This document shows, piece by piece, positions 19,322 through 29,280 of a stretch of 64,000 nucleotides of DNA (positions are counted from its first letter, which is position 1; every line of letters starts with the position of its first letter). Source of the stretch: Candidatus Pacebacteria bacterium CG2_30_36_39. GTDB taxonomy: Bacteria > Patescibacteriota > Microgenomatia > UBA1400 > PJMF01. Both the position numbers and the translations under genes were made by a program. The DNA lies in the NCBI GenBank assembly GCA_001873435.1, contig MNZB01000004.1:78030-142029 (forward strand), given 5' to 3'. The notes below the pieces were generated by a model. It ran no database searches, was not told the DNA's origin, and saw nothing but the letters and a program-made list of their open reading frames with translations.

Positions 19322-19639
19322 GTGATTGAAGAGGAAAGAATTACTGTTATTACCAGAAATTTTCTGAGTTCAGAAATTTATAGTGTAGATATTAGGAACA
19401 TCGCCAATGTCCTGATTAATACAACGTTCTTCTTCTCTCAACTAGTTATTATCTCGAAGACATTCGAGGAAAATGAAATAAAAATTAAAAATTTAAGAAC
19501 AAGTGAAGCTATTTTTGCAAGAAGAATTATTGAAGGATTGAGAACCCTTAAAAATGAAAAAATAAATACTTCTGCATATTCAACTGATGAATTGATTTCT
19601 ACTCTTAAAGAATTAAGTACGACAAAAATTATAATATAA
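19322..19639 (+). CDS. hypothetical protein (GTG start in track; frame is open upstream to 19124)
   Basis: 105-aa ORF; same frame has no stop back to 19124, i.e. it overlaps the RHH gene stop, but has no ATG. Confidence 0.4.
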   Translation: MIEEERITVITRNFLSSEIYSVDIRNIANVLINTTFFFSQLVIISKTFEENEIKIKNLRTSEAIFARRIIEGLRTLKNEKINTSAYSTDELISTLKELSTTKIII

Positions 19640-19652
19640 AAAAAGGAAAAAA

Positions 19653-20060
19653 ATGCCGATATCAACTAAAGAAACAGTGATAACAAGAGAACGCGATAAT
19701 GAGCCAATCACTCAAACATCAGCTACAAGTATTACCCAAGTTAAAACTACGCAGAGCCAGTACATTGAACAAATACTCTATTTTTTCTTAGGAGTTTTAG
19801 AGGTATTGCTTGTTTTTAGGTTTATTCTAAAACTAATGGGAGCAAGCCAAGCAAGTAGTTTTGTTCAGTTTATCTATGGAACAAGTAAAATATTTATCTT
19901 CCCATTTGAAGGTATTTTTCGCAGAGCCGTGACTCAAGGAATAGAAGTAAGTGCTGTAATAGAACCAGCAAATATGGTTGCAATCATTGTCTATGCAGTC
20001 CTCGTATGGGGAATAGTTTCATTTATCAAAGTGCTTTCGGGCAAAGCACAATCAGAATAG
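19653..20060 (+). CDS. small integral membrane protein (weak YggT-like resemblance)
   Basis: 135 aa, two to three hydrophobic helices; FVQFIYGTSKIFIFPFEGIFRR loosely recalls the YGGT motif. Confidence 0.4.
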   Translation: MPISTKETVITRERDNEPITQTSATSITQVKTTQSQYIEQILYFFLGVLEVLLVFRFILKLMGASQASSFVQFIYGTSKIFIFPFEGIFRRAVTQGIEVSAVIEPANMVAIIVYAVLVWGIVSFIKVLSGKAQSE

Positions 20061-20087
20061 AGTATTACAAATTATAAGGAAAAAAAT

Positions 20088-20318
20088 ATGACAAAACATA
20101 TTAAGCAAAAAAGTATCAAGCCAATCGCCGCAGTTGTTGGTGGTGTAATAGCTGGAGCTGGACTAGCAATCGCAGGAGCCATTGCTTTGAAAAATAAAAA
20201 GGTAAGCAATAAAGTTTCCAAGGTTTTGAAAGACATAAAAACAGAAACAATGAATATGTCACAAAAAGCTAAAAGCAATATTGATAAATCTATAAAGAAA
20301 ATTGAAAAAAATAATTAA
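20088..20318 (+). CDS. YtxH-like small membrane-anchored protein
   Basis: 76 aa; N-terminal Gly/Ala-rich TM (AAVVGGVIAGAGLAIAGAIAL) followed by K-rich helical tail. Confidence 0.45.
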   Translation: MTKHIKQKSIKPIAAVVGGVIAGAGLAIAGAIALKNKKVSNKVSKVLKDIKTETMNMSQKAKSNIDKSIKKIEKNN

Positions 20319-20355
20319 AAACACTAAATAATAATTACTTGGAAAGAAAAACAAT

Positions 20356-20598
20356 ATGAATATATTACTTTGGCTACTACTTGGAGCTCTCGCTGGTTGG
20401 CTTGCAGGAGTTTTTATGAAAAGCGATCATAGTACTGTAGAGGATATTATCTTGGGTATCGTTGGTTCGTTCGTGGGCGGATTTATTATGAACTTCTTTG
20501 GACAATCCGGTGTTACTGGATTTAATCTTTATAGCGTAATCGTTTCTACAATAGGAGCAGTTTGCGTTATCTTCTTAGGAAGAGTTCTTCGTAGATAA
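20356..20598 (+). CDS. GlsB/YeaQ/YmgE family (transglycosylase-associated) stress membrane protein
   Basis: 80 aa; WLLLGALAGWLAG...GIVGSFVGGF pattern typical of this family. Confidence 0.7.
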   Translation: MNILLWLLLGALAGWLAGVFMKSDHSTVEDIILGIVGSFVGGFIMNFFGQSGVTGFNLYSVIVSTIGAVCVIFLGRVLRR

Positions 20599-20662
20599 AA
20601 ATTGAATATTTCTTATTGATTAAACTATATTTAGTTTTAAATTAAGAAGGTATAATGGTGCC

Positions 20663-20908
20663 ATGCAATTTAGCACTATTAGCCTTATCATCAATATTTT
20701 TATTCTGATATGTTTCTTTTTGGGAATCATTAAAATTTCCCATAGCTCATATACATTAGTTGTAAATAAAAAAAATAAAACAAACCAAATTAAAAACGGT
20801 TTTACGCTTATTATCATTTCTGTTATTGTCTATTTCCTTTTTAACCTTGTAATAAACTACATGGGTCTTCTGGATCCACCTTCATCTGCTATTTTTGGTC
20901 AAAAATAA
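20663..20908 (+). CDS. small hydrophobic membrane protein
   Basis: 81 aa, two predicted TM helices, no known motif. Confidence 0.3.
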   Translation: MQFSTISLIINIFILICFFLGIIKISHSSYTLVVNKKNKTNQIKNGFTLIIISVIVYFLFNLVINYMGLLDPPSSAIFGQK

Positions 20909-20990
20909 GTCAAAATACTTTTGTCTCACTTAACGGCATAATCAAATGGCTATTTTTTAAACCTAAGTCCTCATGAAACTATAAGCAAAC

Positions 20991-22064
20991 ATGCTACCCA
21001 TTCAACCACCATTTATCCCATTATTTTTTAAAAAAAATAATACTAAAAACAATTCATCTTATGAAAAAATTTTCTTATCATGGGAAGATGCCCTATGGCA
21101 ACTCCTTAGAAATCACCAAATACCAAAAGACTCTGTTGTTCTTGTCCCTAACTTCTTTTGCTGGGATGTAGTAGAAAACATGGAAACCCATGGACTAAAG
21201 CATATTGTTTATGAAGTAGATAAATATCTGCAACCAAACCAAATTGATTTTGAGAATAAACTAAAAGAATTTAATCCAGCAATTATCATCATCTTCAATG
21301 CTGTTGGCATTACCAATTCTCTATTTAAAAATATTGAATGGCTCAGGCATCTTCAGAAAGAAGCTATTCTAATAGAAGATTGTGTACACAAAATTATTGA
21401 TCCAGAAAAAATAAGTTTTATCACCAAAAACCACTATCTCATAGATAGTCTAAGAAAAGTCGTGCCTATCCAAGGCAGTAGAGTTTTTTCACAGCAAAAA
21501 ATTGTAAATCCATCATTTACCAGCAATCTCTCTACCGCCTGGTATAGGACTAGAGTTTTCTATTGGTGGATAGTTATGCAGCTAGCATTGGTTCTAGTTT
21601 ATGTTTCAAATAATAACTTTATCCAAAGATATGGAAATAGATTAGCTGAGTATGCTATGAAAACTGGTTACAACATTATTGGTGATCATGCTAATCCTAG
21701 TTCTGCTCCAAGAATAATGGGTTTGCTGGCAAAAAAAATAAATATTGATTTGATAAAAAAAATAAAAGAAAAACAAACTAATTTGTATAGCGATCTCTTA
21801 AAAAATGTTTTTACAAAAGAAGTATTCTTTAAAATTCCATTTTCAAATAGTGATAAAAAAGAATTAAGAGGATTTCCACTAGGCATTGAACTTGCTAAAG
21901 CAAATTTATTTTTAAACCATATTAGATCTAAGGGTGTTTTGGTAAGATTTGAATTGGACGACAGTCTTTGGGCCAACAAACAAAAAGTTGTATACCTACC
22001 AATGGGTCCGCAGGTTTCTGAAAAAGATATAGAAATGGTTTGTGATGTTATTAAAAGTTTCTAA
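20991..22064 (+). CDS. hypothetical protein with DegT-like aminotransferase-fold resemblance
   Basis: 357 aa; VVLVPNFFCWDVVENME...IEDCVHKI...SFITKNHY resembles the DegT layout (vP.f...IeDaA...SFh..K). Confidence 0.4.
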   Translation: MLPIQPPFIPLFFKKNNTKNNSSYEKIFLSWEDALWQLLRNHQIPKDSVVLVPNFFCWDVVENMETHGLKHIVYEVDKYLQPNQIDFENKLKEFNPAIIIIFNAVGITNSLFKNIEWLRHLQKEAILIEDCVHKIIDPEKISFITKNHYLIDSLRKVVPIQGSRVFSQQKIVNPSFTSNLSTAWYRTRVFYWWIVMQLALVLVYVSNNNFIQRYGNRLAEYAMKTGYNIIGDHANPSSAPRIMGLLAKKINIDLIKKIKEKQTNLYSDLLKNVFTKEVFFKIPFSNSDKKELRGFPLGIELAKANLFLNHIRSKGVLVRFELDDSLWANKQKVVYLPMGPQVSEKDIEMVCDVIKSF

Positions 22065-22066
22065 AC

Positions 22067-22552
22067 CTATTTAATTGACTTTAATATATAAGTAGTTTTT
22101 CCTTTAGGAGAAACTATAATTATTTCATCACCTACTTTTTTTCCTATTACAGCTTGGCCAATAGGGCTTTCTAAAGAATATTTGTTTTCTGTTACGTCAG
22201 ACTCGTATTGACCAACCAAAGTAAAGGTTAGAGTGTTTTTATCATTTTTAAGGGTAATGGTTTTGCCAAAACTAGCTTTGTCATCCATTTTAATAACTGG
22301 GATATAAGCATTTGCTAAAATATATTTGATTTGCCTAAGCTGTCTGCCAATACTACCTAATTCAAACTTGGCTGCTGTATAAGCTCCGTTTTCAGATAAA
22401 TCACCCATTTCTCTGGCCACAATTAGACGTCCCATGACTTCTTTGCGTAAAGAGGTCAAGCGCTCCAGTTCTGCCTTTTTTTGTTCTAAAGCTATCTTTG
22501 ATAGGGGTATCTGGTCTGGTTTTGGTTGTTTGGCAATTATTTTTTTTACCAT
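22067..22552 (-). CDS. greA: transcription elongation factor GreA
   Basis: 161 aa; N-terminal coiled coil with GDLSENGAY motif, C-terminal FKBP-like domain. Confidence 0.85.
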   Translation of the reverse strand: MVKKIIAKQPKPDQIPLSKIALEQKKAELERLTSLRKEVMGRLIVAREMGDLSENGAYTAAKFELGSIGRQLRQIKYILANAYIPVIKMDDKASFGKTITLKNDKNTLTFTLVGQYESDVTENKYSLESPIGQAVIGKKVGDEIIIVSPKGKTTYILKSIK

Positions 22553-22633
22553 GTGGTTGTGATTATATTAGCAGTAACTGACATTAATTATTGAGCAAAT
22601 TATGACAATAAATGTTAAAATCAAGGTTCATGA

Positions 22634-22722
<89 letters not shown>

Positions 22723-22729
22723 AACTCAA

Positions 22730-24049
22730 CTACAACCTCTTAAACTGACCACCCTCTTTATAACTTGCAACTACAGTAGGCCTTGGAACTTTCTTACCAG
22801 TAACTTGATAATAAAGATCATAAGGATCAACCTGGGGCAAAACATGCTCACCCATCCTATTAGCAATTTCCTCAGCACTAGAACTAAGCAACATCACCCC
22901 AGTAATATAAGCAATAAAATCATCTACCTCCAACATAGCCACCTCACGACGCTCATAACTTCTTGCACCATCAGCAACCAAAACATACGGCAAATCCTTA
23001 TCCCCACCCCTCGTTGGCCTTTCCAGTGGCAAAGTATCACTCAACATCACTATCTTAACCTTATCATTCCTCAAAACATCTTGAAGCTGCTCATAATACT
23101 CTCTACCAGCAAAAACAGCATGAGAAGCACAAATAATCACCTCTTCAGCTCCATCAATCAACAACAACTCAACCGTTTTTAAAATAGTCCCTCCACTACC
23201 AATCATATCGTCCATCAAAATCACCCTCCTACCCCTAACATCACCATAAACCAACTCATGCTCTGTTTTGGAAGGCCTACCATCCAAAGCCGGAATCCTA
23301 TGTTTACGAATAACCCCCAACTCAAACCCCTCCTCATCATGAAGCTTCTTCGCCAAAGCCAAATTACCAAAATCCACCCCAACAATCATCGTTGGCATAT
23401 TATCTTTTAGATAACCATTATTTCTCAAAGACTCAATCATCAACTTAGCAGTAGTAATATTAACTGTATCTATTCCCAAAGACTCAAACTGCTGACTAGC
23501 AGGAAAACTATGACTATCGACCGTCACCAAATTCTTTACCCCAGCCGTATGCTTCATCAAGCTAGCAACAGCCAAGCTCCAACTGGATTGAGCCATAGCC
23601 ATCGCAACCTCTTCAACATCCTCCTGCTCAGCACCCACCTCACTCCTCATTCCTGGAGGTAAATCCTTCTTAGAAGGAAGATCCTGTCTCCAATCACCAA
23701 AAACACTTAACACACTCAAATTTTGAACATTAGGACCAAACTCACCTCGATCCTGAGTAAAAGCATGAGCCAAAAACATATCCAGCATCGCATCCGCCAA
23801 ATTATCACCATTCATAATCCAAGGCATAACCACATTAGGAGCCTCTCCAGCCAGCAACAACCACATACCATTGGCAAAAGACGATTCTTGAAACCTAATT
23901 TTGGGATAAAGATTCTGCAACTGCTCAGTAGACTTTGGCTTATACGATCGATAACTCCAAGGAACATGAATTTTTGATTGAGCTGGATCAACTGGAGACA
24001 AAGAATCTAAACTGAAAAGCTTTGAAGAAGTTTTTTCAACCACGCTCAT
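22730..24049 (-). CDS. ribose-phosphate pyrophosphokinase (Prs)-like protein with N-terminal extension and internal insertion
   Basis: 439 aa; PRPP-binding motif VILMDDMIGSGGTIL; regions collinear with the Prs N-domain (NGDNLADAMLDMFLAHAF; SVFGDWRQD; LVTVDSHS); composition differs from flanks (C-rich plus strand). Confidence 0.6.
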   Translation of the reverse strand: MSVVEKTSSKLFSLDSLSPVDPAQSKIHVPWSYRSYKPKSTEQLQNLYPKIRFQESSFANGMWLLLAGEAPNVVMPWIMNGDNLADAMLDMFLAHAFTQDRGEFGPNVQNLSVLSVFGDWRQDLPSKKDLPPGMRSEVGAEQEDVEEVAMAMAQSSWSLAVASLMKHTAGVKNLVTVDSHSFPASQQFESLGIDTVNITTAKLMIESLRNNGYLKDNMPTMIVGVDFGNLALAKKLHDEEGFELGVIRKHRIPALDGRPSKTEHELVYGDVRGRRVILMDDMIGSGGTILKTVELLLIDGAEEVIICASHAVFAGREYYEQLQDVLRNDKVKIVMLSDTLPLERPTRGGDKDLPYVLVADGARSYERREVAMLEVDDFIAYITGVMLLSSSAEEIANRMGEHVLPQVDPYDLYYQVTGKKVPRPTVVASYKEGGQFKRL

Positions 24050-24120
24050 GCAACCAATTCAAGGGCAAGCTAAATTATTAGCTTCAGCCTATCATTAGAT
24101 CTTTAAAAAAACAATAAAAA

Positions 24121-24918
24121 CTAGAAACTCAAAGCTTTTTCAATCGCCTCAATCACCCCATCCTCAGCCTGAGTACCCACAGAAAAATCTGCAACCTCCT
24201 TGAGCTCTGCTGGAGCATTACCCATAGCCACTTTAACCCCACAAGCAGAAAGCAAAGGAAGATCATTAAAACTATCACCCAAACCCATTATTTCCTGCGG
24301 ATCCAAACTCATCATCTCAGCATAAGCAAATAAAGCCGCTTTTTTACCAGCACCACCATCATTAATATCCATACCAACACCCTTCTTACCAGTGGTCTTA
24401 ACAATATGCAATTGAGGAAACTCAGTAATTAAACTTTGCAAAATAGGCTCAATTAGTTGAGCATCATACAATGGTGGAATAGCAATTTTTGGAACATTAT
24501 CTATTGGAAGAAACTTAATATCTTTAATAGTTGCTCCAGTCGCAAACTCAGGATCAGCAACGCCATCCCTAGTAAACAAATCCTTTCCAGACTCCGCCAA
24601 AAGAATATATTGATCTGATGATGACAACCTACTTATTATCTCCTTAACATCAATGGCTGGAATATATTTCCCCCAAACAACCTCATCTGTTTCTGCAGAA
24701 ACAATCTCAGCCCCACCACGTACTATCTGTGGAGTCTTGAGACCTATTCGATGACACATACTTTGCAATAAACCCTCGTAAGCCCTACCAGTAGCTATAG
24801 AAAAAATACCTCCGCTTGCCACATAACTAGCGATTGCCATCTCAACTTTGAGAGAAATTTTTTGCTCATAACTAACAATAGTGCCATCAAAATCAGAAAC
24901 AATTGCTTTAATTTTCAT
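24121..24918 (-). CDS. Cof-type HAD-IIB hydrolase
   Basis: MKIKAIVSDFDGTIV motif I; GDSFNDLPLL motif. Confidence 0.75.
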   Translation of the reverse strand: MKIKAIVSDFDGTIVSYEQKISLKVEMAIASYVASGGIFSIATGRAYEGLLQSMCHRIGLKTPQIVRGGAEIVSAETDEVVWGKYIPAIDVKEIISRLSSSDQYILLAESGKDLFTRDGVADPEFATGATIKDIKFLPIDNVPKIAIPPLYDAQLIEPILQSLITEFPQLHIVKTTGKKGVGMDINDGGAGKKAALFAYAEMMSLDPQEIMGLGDSFNDLPLLSACGVKVAMGNAPAELKEVADFSVGTQAEDGVIEAIEKALSF

Positions 24919-24966
24919 GAGATAATTTTAACACTAAAAAATATTCTTTTAGCCAGTTAACAGCTA

Positions 24967-26265
24967 ATGACCACACTAAAAAACAAAATACTAAAAAATA
25001 TTTTTTTAATCAGCACTTTTCTCTTACTAACCCATATCTTTGGCTGGCTACAAAACACCAACAACAACCCCATAGATCTAGATGAAATCGCTTGGGTAAA
25101 TGATGCAAAAATCTATGATTGGAGAACAAATGAAAAATGGCAAAACTTCTCCTGGTCAAAAGACAACTCCAGAAAACCATGGAACTCAGCAGACTTCAGA
25201 CTCTTCGATCAACCACATCTAACCAAATATATTTACGGAAATATCCTGAGTCTAAAAAAAATAGAACCATGGAATGATAGTTATTACCACCAAAAAAACT
25301 ACCAAGACTTTGCCCAACAAAAACTCTCTGACAAAAAATACATTGATGAAATCGAAAGCAAAAAATTCTTTGGAGAAAAAACAATTGCAGCAATTGAAAC
25401 ATCTAGAAAAATAAGCCTAACATTTGGACTCAGCTTTTTCCTATTACTCTTCATCTTCATAAACTCAAACTCATCAACGCTCTCTGCAATTATTACCACC
25501 AGCCTACTAATGACCAATCCAATCTTTCAATATAACTTCAAAATAGCCACTGCTGACAGCATCTCAATGTTTTTTATACTCTTAACATTAATTATTTTTT
25601 ACAAACTATTTTTTAATAAAAACAAAAACAACTTTATCTACTTATTCATATCTGCTATCACCACAGCACTTGCTACTAGCAGCAAAATCAATGGCTGGAT
25701 CTTAGTTATAATATTTTTAATTTTCAACACCATCAAATTAATTAAGGAAGAAAAAATAAATATAAAATATTTTTGGCAAAAAAATATTCTCTGGATCCTA
25801 ATCTTTATTAATACCTACATTTATTTACAACCAGAACTTTGGAACAATTCATTAATAGGAATAGAACATTTCTTTAGACAAAGAATTACTCAACAAATAA
25901 TTTTCTCAACTACCACCTCACTAAATTTCTTAAACTACCACCTATGGATAATTAGATTATTTATAGAATCCCATACAAAAAACATTTCATTACTAAAACT
26001 ATCACTGTTCATTATTAGCCTTGTTTCTCTATTAATAAAATTAACCACACAAAAAATTAATTTAGATTGGAAAAAAACCTCTATCATCACTTGCATTATA
26101 ATTTCATGGCTCTTCTTTTTTTCCTATGCAAAAGTTGGTTTTTCAAGATACACCATGTGGCCACTCGTTCTTTTAGCTACTTTCACATCATTAGAAATAG
26201 AAAAAACCATAAAAACACTAATTATCAAAAAAATACCTCATCGTTTCCACATCAAAGTAAGCTAA
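24967..26265 (+). CDS. polytopic membrane protein, probable GT-C fold glycosyltransferase
   Basis: 432 aa; N-terminal TM then extracytoplasmic loop then many TM helices; paralogous organisation to the next gene. Confidence 0.4.
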   Translation: MTTLKNKILKNIFLISTFLLLTHIFGWLQNTNNNPIDLDEIAWVNDAKIYDWRTNEKWQNFSWSKDNSRKPWNSADFRLFDQPHLTKYIYGNILSLKKIEPWNDSYYHQKNYQDFAQQKLSDKKYIDEIESKKFFGEKTIAAIETSRKISLTFGLSFFLLLFIFINSNSSTLSAIITTSLLMTNPIFQYNFKIATADSISMFFILLTLIIFYKLFFNKNKNNFIYLFISAITTALATSSKINGWILVIIFLIFNTIKLIKEEKINIKYFWQKNILWILIFINTYIYLQPELWNNSLIGIEHFFRQRITQQIIFSTTTSLNFLNYHLWIIRLFIESHTKNISLLKLSLFIISLVSLLIKLTTQKINLDWKKTSIITCIIISWLFFFSYAKVGFSRYTMWPLVLLATFTSLEIEKTIKTLIIKKIPHRFHIKVS

Positions 26266-26308
26266 TATTTTTTCCAGAGCTTGACATAGGACAGCTTTCT
26301 TTCAACAA

Positions 26309-28156
26309 TTGAACATACACATGAAAGCGACTAAAAAAACTTACCAACCAACCCAAGTCGCTAATAAAAACAAGCTTATCAACTGGCTTTTAATTATAAA
26401 AAGATTTTTAACAACAAACAGCAACGGCTTCTTAAGTGGCCTGCTAATCTGGCATTTGATCCTCAGAATCCCAACATTCTTCGAACCATTTTGGTATGTT
26501 GATGAAACCCTATACATCCTAATGGGCAAAGCCATTAAAGATGGCGCTATCCTATACAGAGATGTAGTAGATAACAAACCACCAATAGTCTATTTACTAG
26601 CCACCATCATCCCCAGCCAATTAGGACTCAGAATACTTAATACTATTTTTATCTCAATCACTCTAATTTGCTTCTACGACATAATAAATAGATTGATTGT
26701 CAAAAAAAACATCATCGCAAAAATCAGCACAATCACATTAATGATCTTACTTTCATTCCCTACTTTTGAAGGAACAATCTTTAATGCTGAACCAGTCTAC
26801 ATAACTTTCGGCATCATTGGCATCTGGCTACTATCAAAAACAAACAGCTGGAAATTTGCTTTAGAAAAAAACACCCCAATAAACAAAACCAAATCAGAAA
26901 ATAAAAAAAGATTCTTAGCTGGCATATTTTTTGGCCTCGCGCTCTTAACAAAAATTCCAGCCCTACTATTCTTTGGACCAATCATCTTAACAGATGCCCT
27001 AGCCTTAATATCTCAAAATAAAACAACAAAAAACATCAAACAAATAATTGTCCAATTTAGTTTATTAATCATTGGACTATTACTACCTGTAATAATAACA
27101 ACCTGCTTCTTTGCTTATCATCAAACATTAACTGAATATTCATATTGGACATTCAAATATCTCTTTGGCTACATTGAAAACTGGAAACCATTCTTTGATT
27201 TTTCACCATCTTGGTTGAAAATATTTTTCCTAACCAAAACCAAACTCATATCCTTTGTTTTGAGCAACCTACTTTTACTAAAACTTTATTCCAAACAAAA
27301 AATTTCACTACGCCGATACCTACTATTTAGTTGGACAATAGCTAGTCTCTATTCAGTAATTCTTTCCAATAGACCATTTAATAATTATTGGCTTCCATTT
27401 TGGCCATCAATGATTGCCTTAACAAGCTATGTAATAGAAAAAATGATAACCAAATACAAATCAAAATCACTATATTTCGGTTGGCTAATTTCTGTTTTCA
27501 TAACCATCTTTATTTTTGTTGCTATTCCATTCAAATTATTTCCCAGTGTAGAGTATTACCAACTAAGCTGGAAATTATTTGGAGGAAAAATCACTAAATG
27601 GGACTACGAATCATGGTTTGACAAGCTAGTCGATGAATCAGTTAATCCAAGAGCCCCCACAATCATGGGAGATAATAAGATCACTAGAGACTGGCTGAAT
27701 AAAAACAAAATCACAACAATTTTCATTTGGGGAAATAACCCAATGGTCTTATTAGGAACAAATGCCAAACAAATAACAAGATTCCCACTAAGCTTCTACA
27801 TTGATCACCTACAACAATTTAATGACCAACAATTTGCCCAATCCTACCAAGAAATAGTTGATATTAGACCAGAGGTAATCATTAAAATGAAACCAACTCA
27901 AAGCAAATTCTTTGAAATGGACAAATTAATTGAAAAATATTATCAAAAAATAATAGACATGCGCACTCAAACCATATACTTCAGCAACGACGCAACCATC
28001 TTTGAACTATCACCAACAACATATTACAGTAGGTTCTACTTAATAAGCCAAATACTCAACAACCAATATCCAAGAATTAAAACTCCTCCATCACCATGGG
28101 ATTATCCTAGAAATGATTCTGATCTCTTTCAGCTATCACCTGCTCGAAATCCTTAA
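26309..28156 (+). CDS. GT-C glycosyltransferase (PMT_2/ArnT, GT39/GT83-like)
   Basis: 615 aa; first loop WYVDETLYILMGKAIKDGAILYRDVVDNKPPIVYLL matches the DE...Y...D.KPP signature; more than 10 TM helices and a C-terminal soluble domain. Confidence 0.6.
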   Translation: MNIHMKATKKTYQPTQVANKNKLINWLLIIKRFLTTNSNGFLSGLLIWHLILRIPTFFEPFWYVDETLYILMGKAIKDGAILYRDVVDNKPPIVYLLATIIPSQLGLRILNTIFISITLICFYDIINRLIVKKNIIAKISTITLMILLSFPTFEGTIFNAEPVYITFGIIGIWLLSKTNSWKFALEKNTPINKTKSENKKRFLAGIFFGLALLTKIPALLFFGPIILTDALALISQNKTTKNIKQIIVQFSLLIIGLLLPVIITTCFFAYHQTLTEYSYWTFKYLFGYIENWKPFFDFSPSWLKIFFLTKTKLISFVLSNLLLLKLYSKQKISLRRYLLFSWTIASLYSVILSNRPFNNYWLPFWPSMIALTSYVIEKMITKYKSKSLYFGWLISVFITIFIFVAIPFKLFPSVEYYQLSWKLFGGKITKWDYESWFDKLVDESVNPRAPTIMGDNKITRDWLNKNKITTIFIWGNNPMVLLGTNAKQITRFPLSFYIDHLQQFNDQQFAQSYQEIVDIRPEVIIKMKPTQSKFFEMDKLIEKYYQKIIDMRTQTIYFSNDATIFELSPTTYYSRFYLISQILNNQYPRIKTPPSPWDYPRNDSDLFQLSPARNP

Positions 28157-29222
28157 CCAACCAATTTCCGATCTGCTGATGTGTATCACTATTAAAATGA
28201 AAATCATAAGTAAAACGCAATGGATTACTCTTGGAATATTCAGCTAGTTGCGGCTGATAATTAAAATATTTATGTTCAGGTAATATCTCTGGAATAAAAG
28301 CCAATGGATTTTCAGCATCAATATTTATTATAATAAACTCAGCTCCATCTCTCTCTGCAAATTGAGAAAACATTTGCAAAATAGCAGTCATCTTTTGAAT
28401 TGTAAAAGCAGCTTCTTCCAAATCTGGCTTATGATCAACATATAACCTTATTGAATCCCAGAGCTTCTCATCATTCTCTGCCATAGACTCAGCAATAGAC
28501 CTTCTCATAAATTGATAATTTAAATAGGAAATAAAATATGAATGAGCACTAAACGGCAATCTTTGCTTTAAACGCTCATCATCATGGCTGATAACAGCAG
28601 TACTTCCACTAACCCCAGTTCCCAAGGTTTGAGCACTACCCAAATCAACCACACCATTATGGTAAATATTAGAATAATTTCTCTCAGCATCCAACCAATT
28701 GGCAGCAACAACCACATAATCAGCCATATAAACTCTAGCTACTTGCTCATAAAGAATTAATTCTGTATCAATACCATATCCTGGCATACCAAAATTAATT
28801 ACCTCTAAATTAGGAATTTTATCTTCTAAAATATCTGCAAAACGCTTGCCATCTGGCACACCTTCACCAAAAGTAAAACTATCACCAAAAAGTAAAACTC
28901 TAATTTTCCCTTCTTCTTTCTCCAAAGAATAATCCTTATCACGAATCCCAATATCATTTGCCGTATATATTACGGAAAAATCAGAAGTAGTAGCCAAAAC
29001 CTGAACGTTGGGTTTTAACAAAGCATATGGCCTGTTCTGGTGATCAAATAACTCGCTTGGCAAACGATCAGAATTAGTTAATTCCTTAAGATAAAGTCTT
29101 AAATCAATATTATAGATTTTTCCATAAAATCTAAACCCAACCTCAATAATAACCAAACAAAATACTATTGATATTAAACTAGCCACAACACTTAATAAAA
29201 ATTTTTGTAAAAAAATACGCAT
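28107..29222 (-). CDS. membrane-anchored SGNH/GDSL-like hydrolase
   Basis: start set at MRIFLQKFLL (ATG 29222) to avoid overlap with the NUDIX gene; VLLFGDSFTFGEGV block. Confidence 0.55.
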   Translation of the reverse strand: MRIFLQKFLLSVVASLISIVFCLVIIEVGFRFYGKIYNIDLRLYLKELTNSDRLPSELFDHQNRPYALLKPNVQVLATTSDFSVIYTANDIGIRDKDYSLEKEEGKIRVLLFGDSFTFGEGVPDGKRFADILEDKIPNLEVINFGMPGYGIDTELILYEQVARVYMADYVVVAANWLDAERNYSNIYHNGVVDLGSAQTLGTGVSGSTAVISHDDERLKQRLPFSAHSYFISYLNYQFMRRSIAESMAENDEKLWDSIRLYVDHKPDLEEAAFTIQKMTAILQMFSQFAERDGAEFIIINIDAENPLAFIPEILPEHKYFNYQPQLAEYSKSNPLRFTYDFHFNSDTHQQIGNWLVKDFEQVIAERDQNHF

Positions 29223-29280
29223 AACTAAAAAAACCAAATAAATAAATAGATTTCTTAAGTATATAATCAAAAAAACTAAT

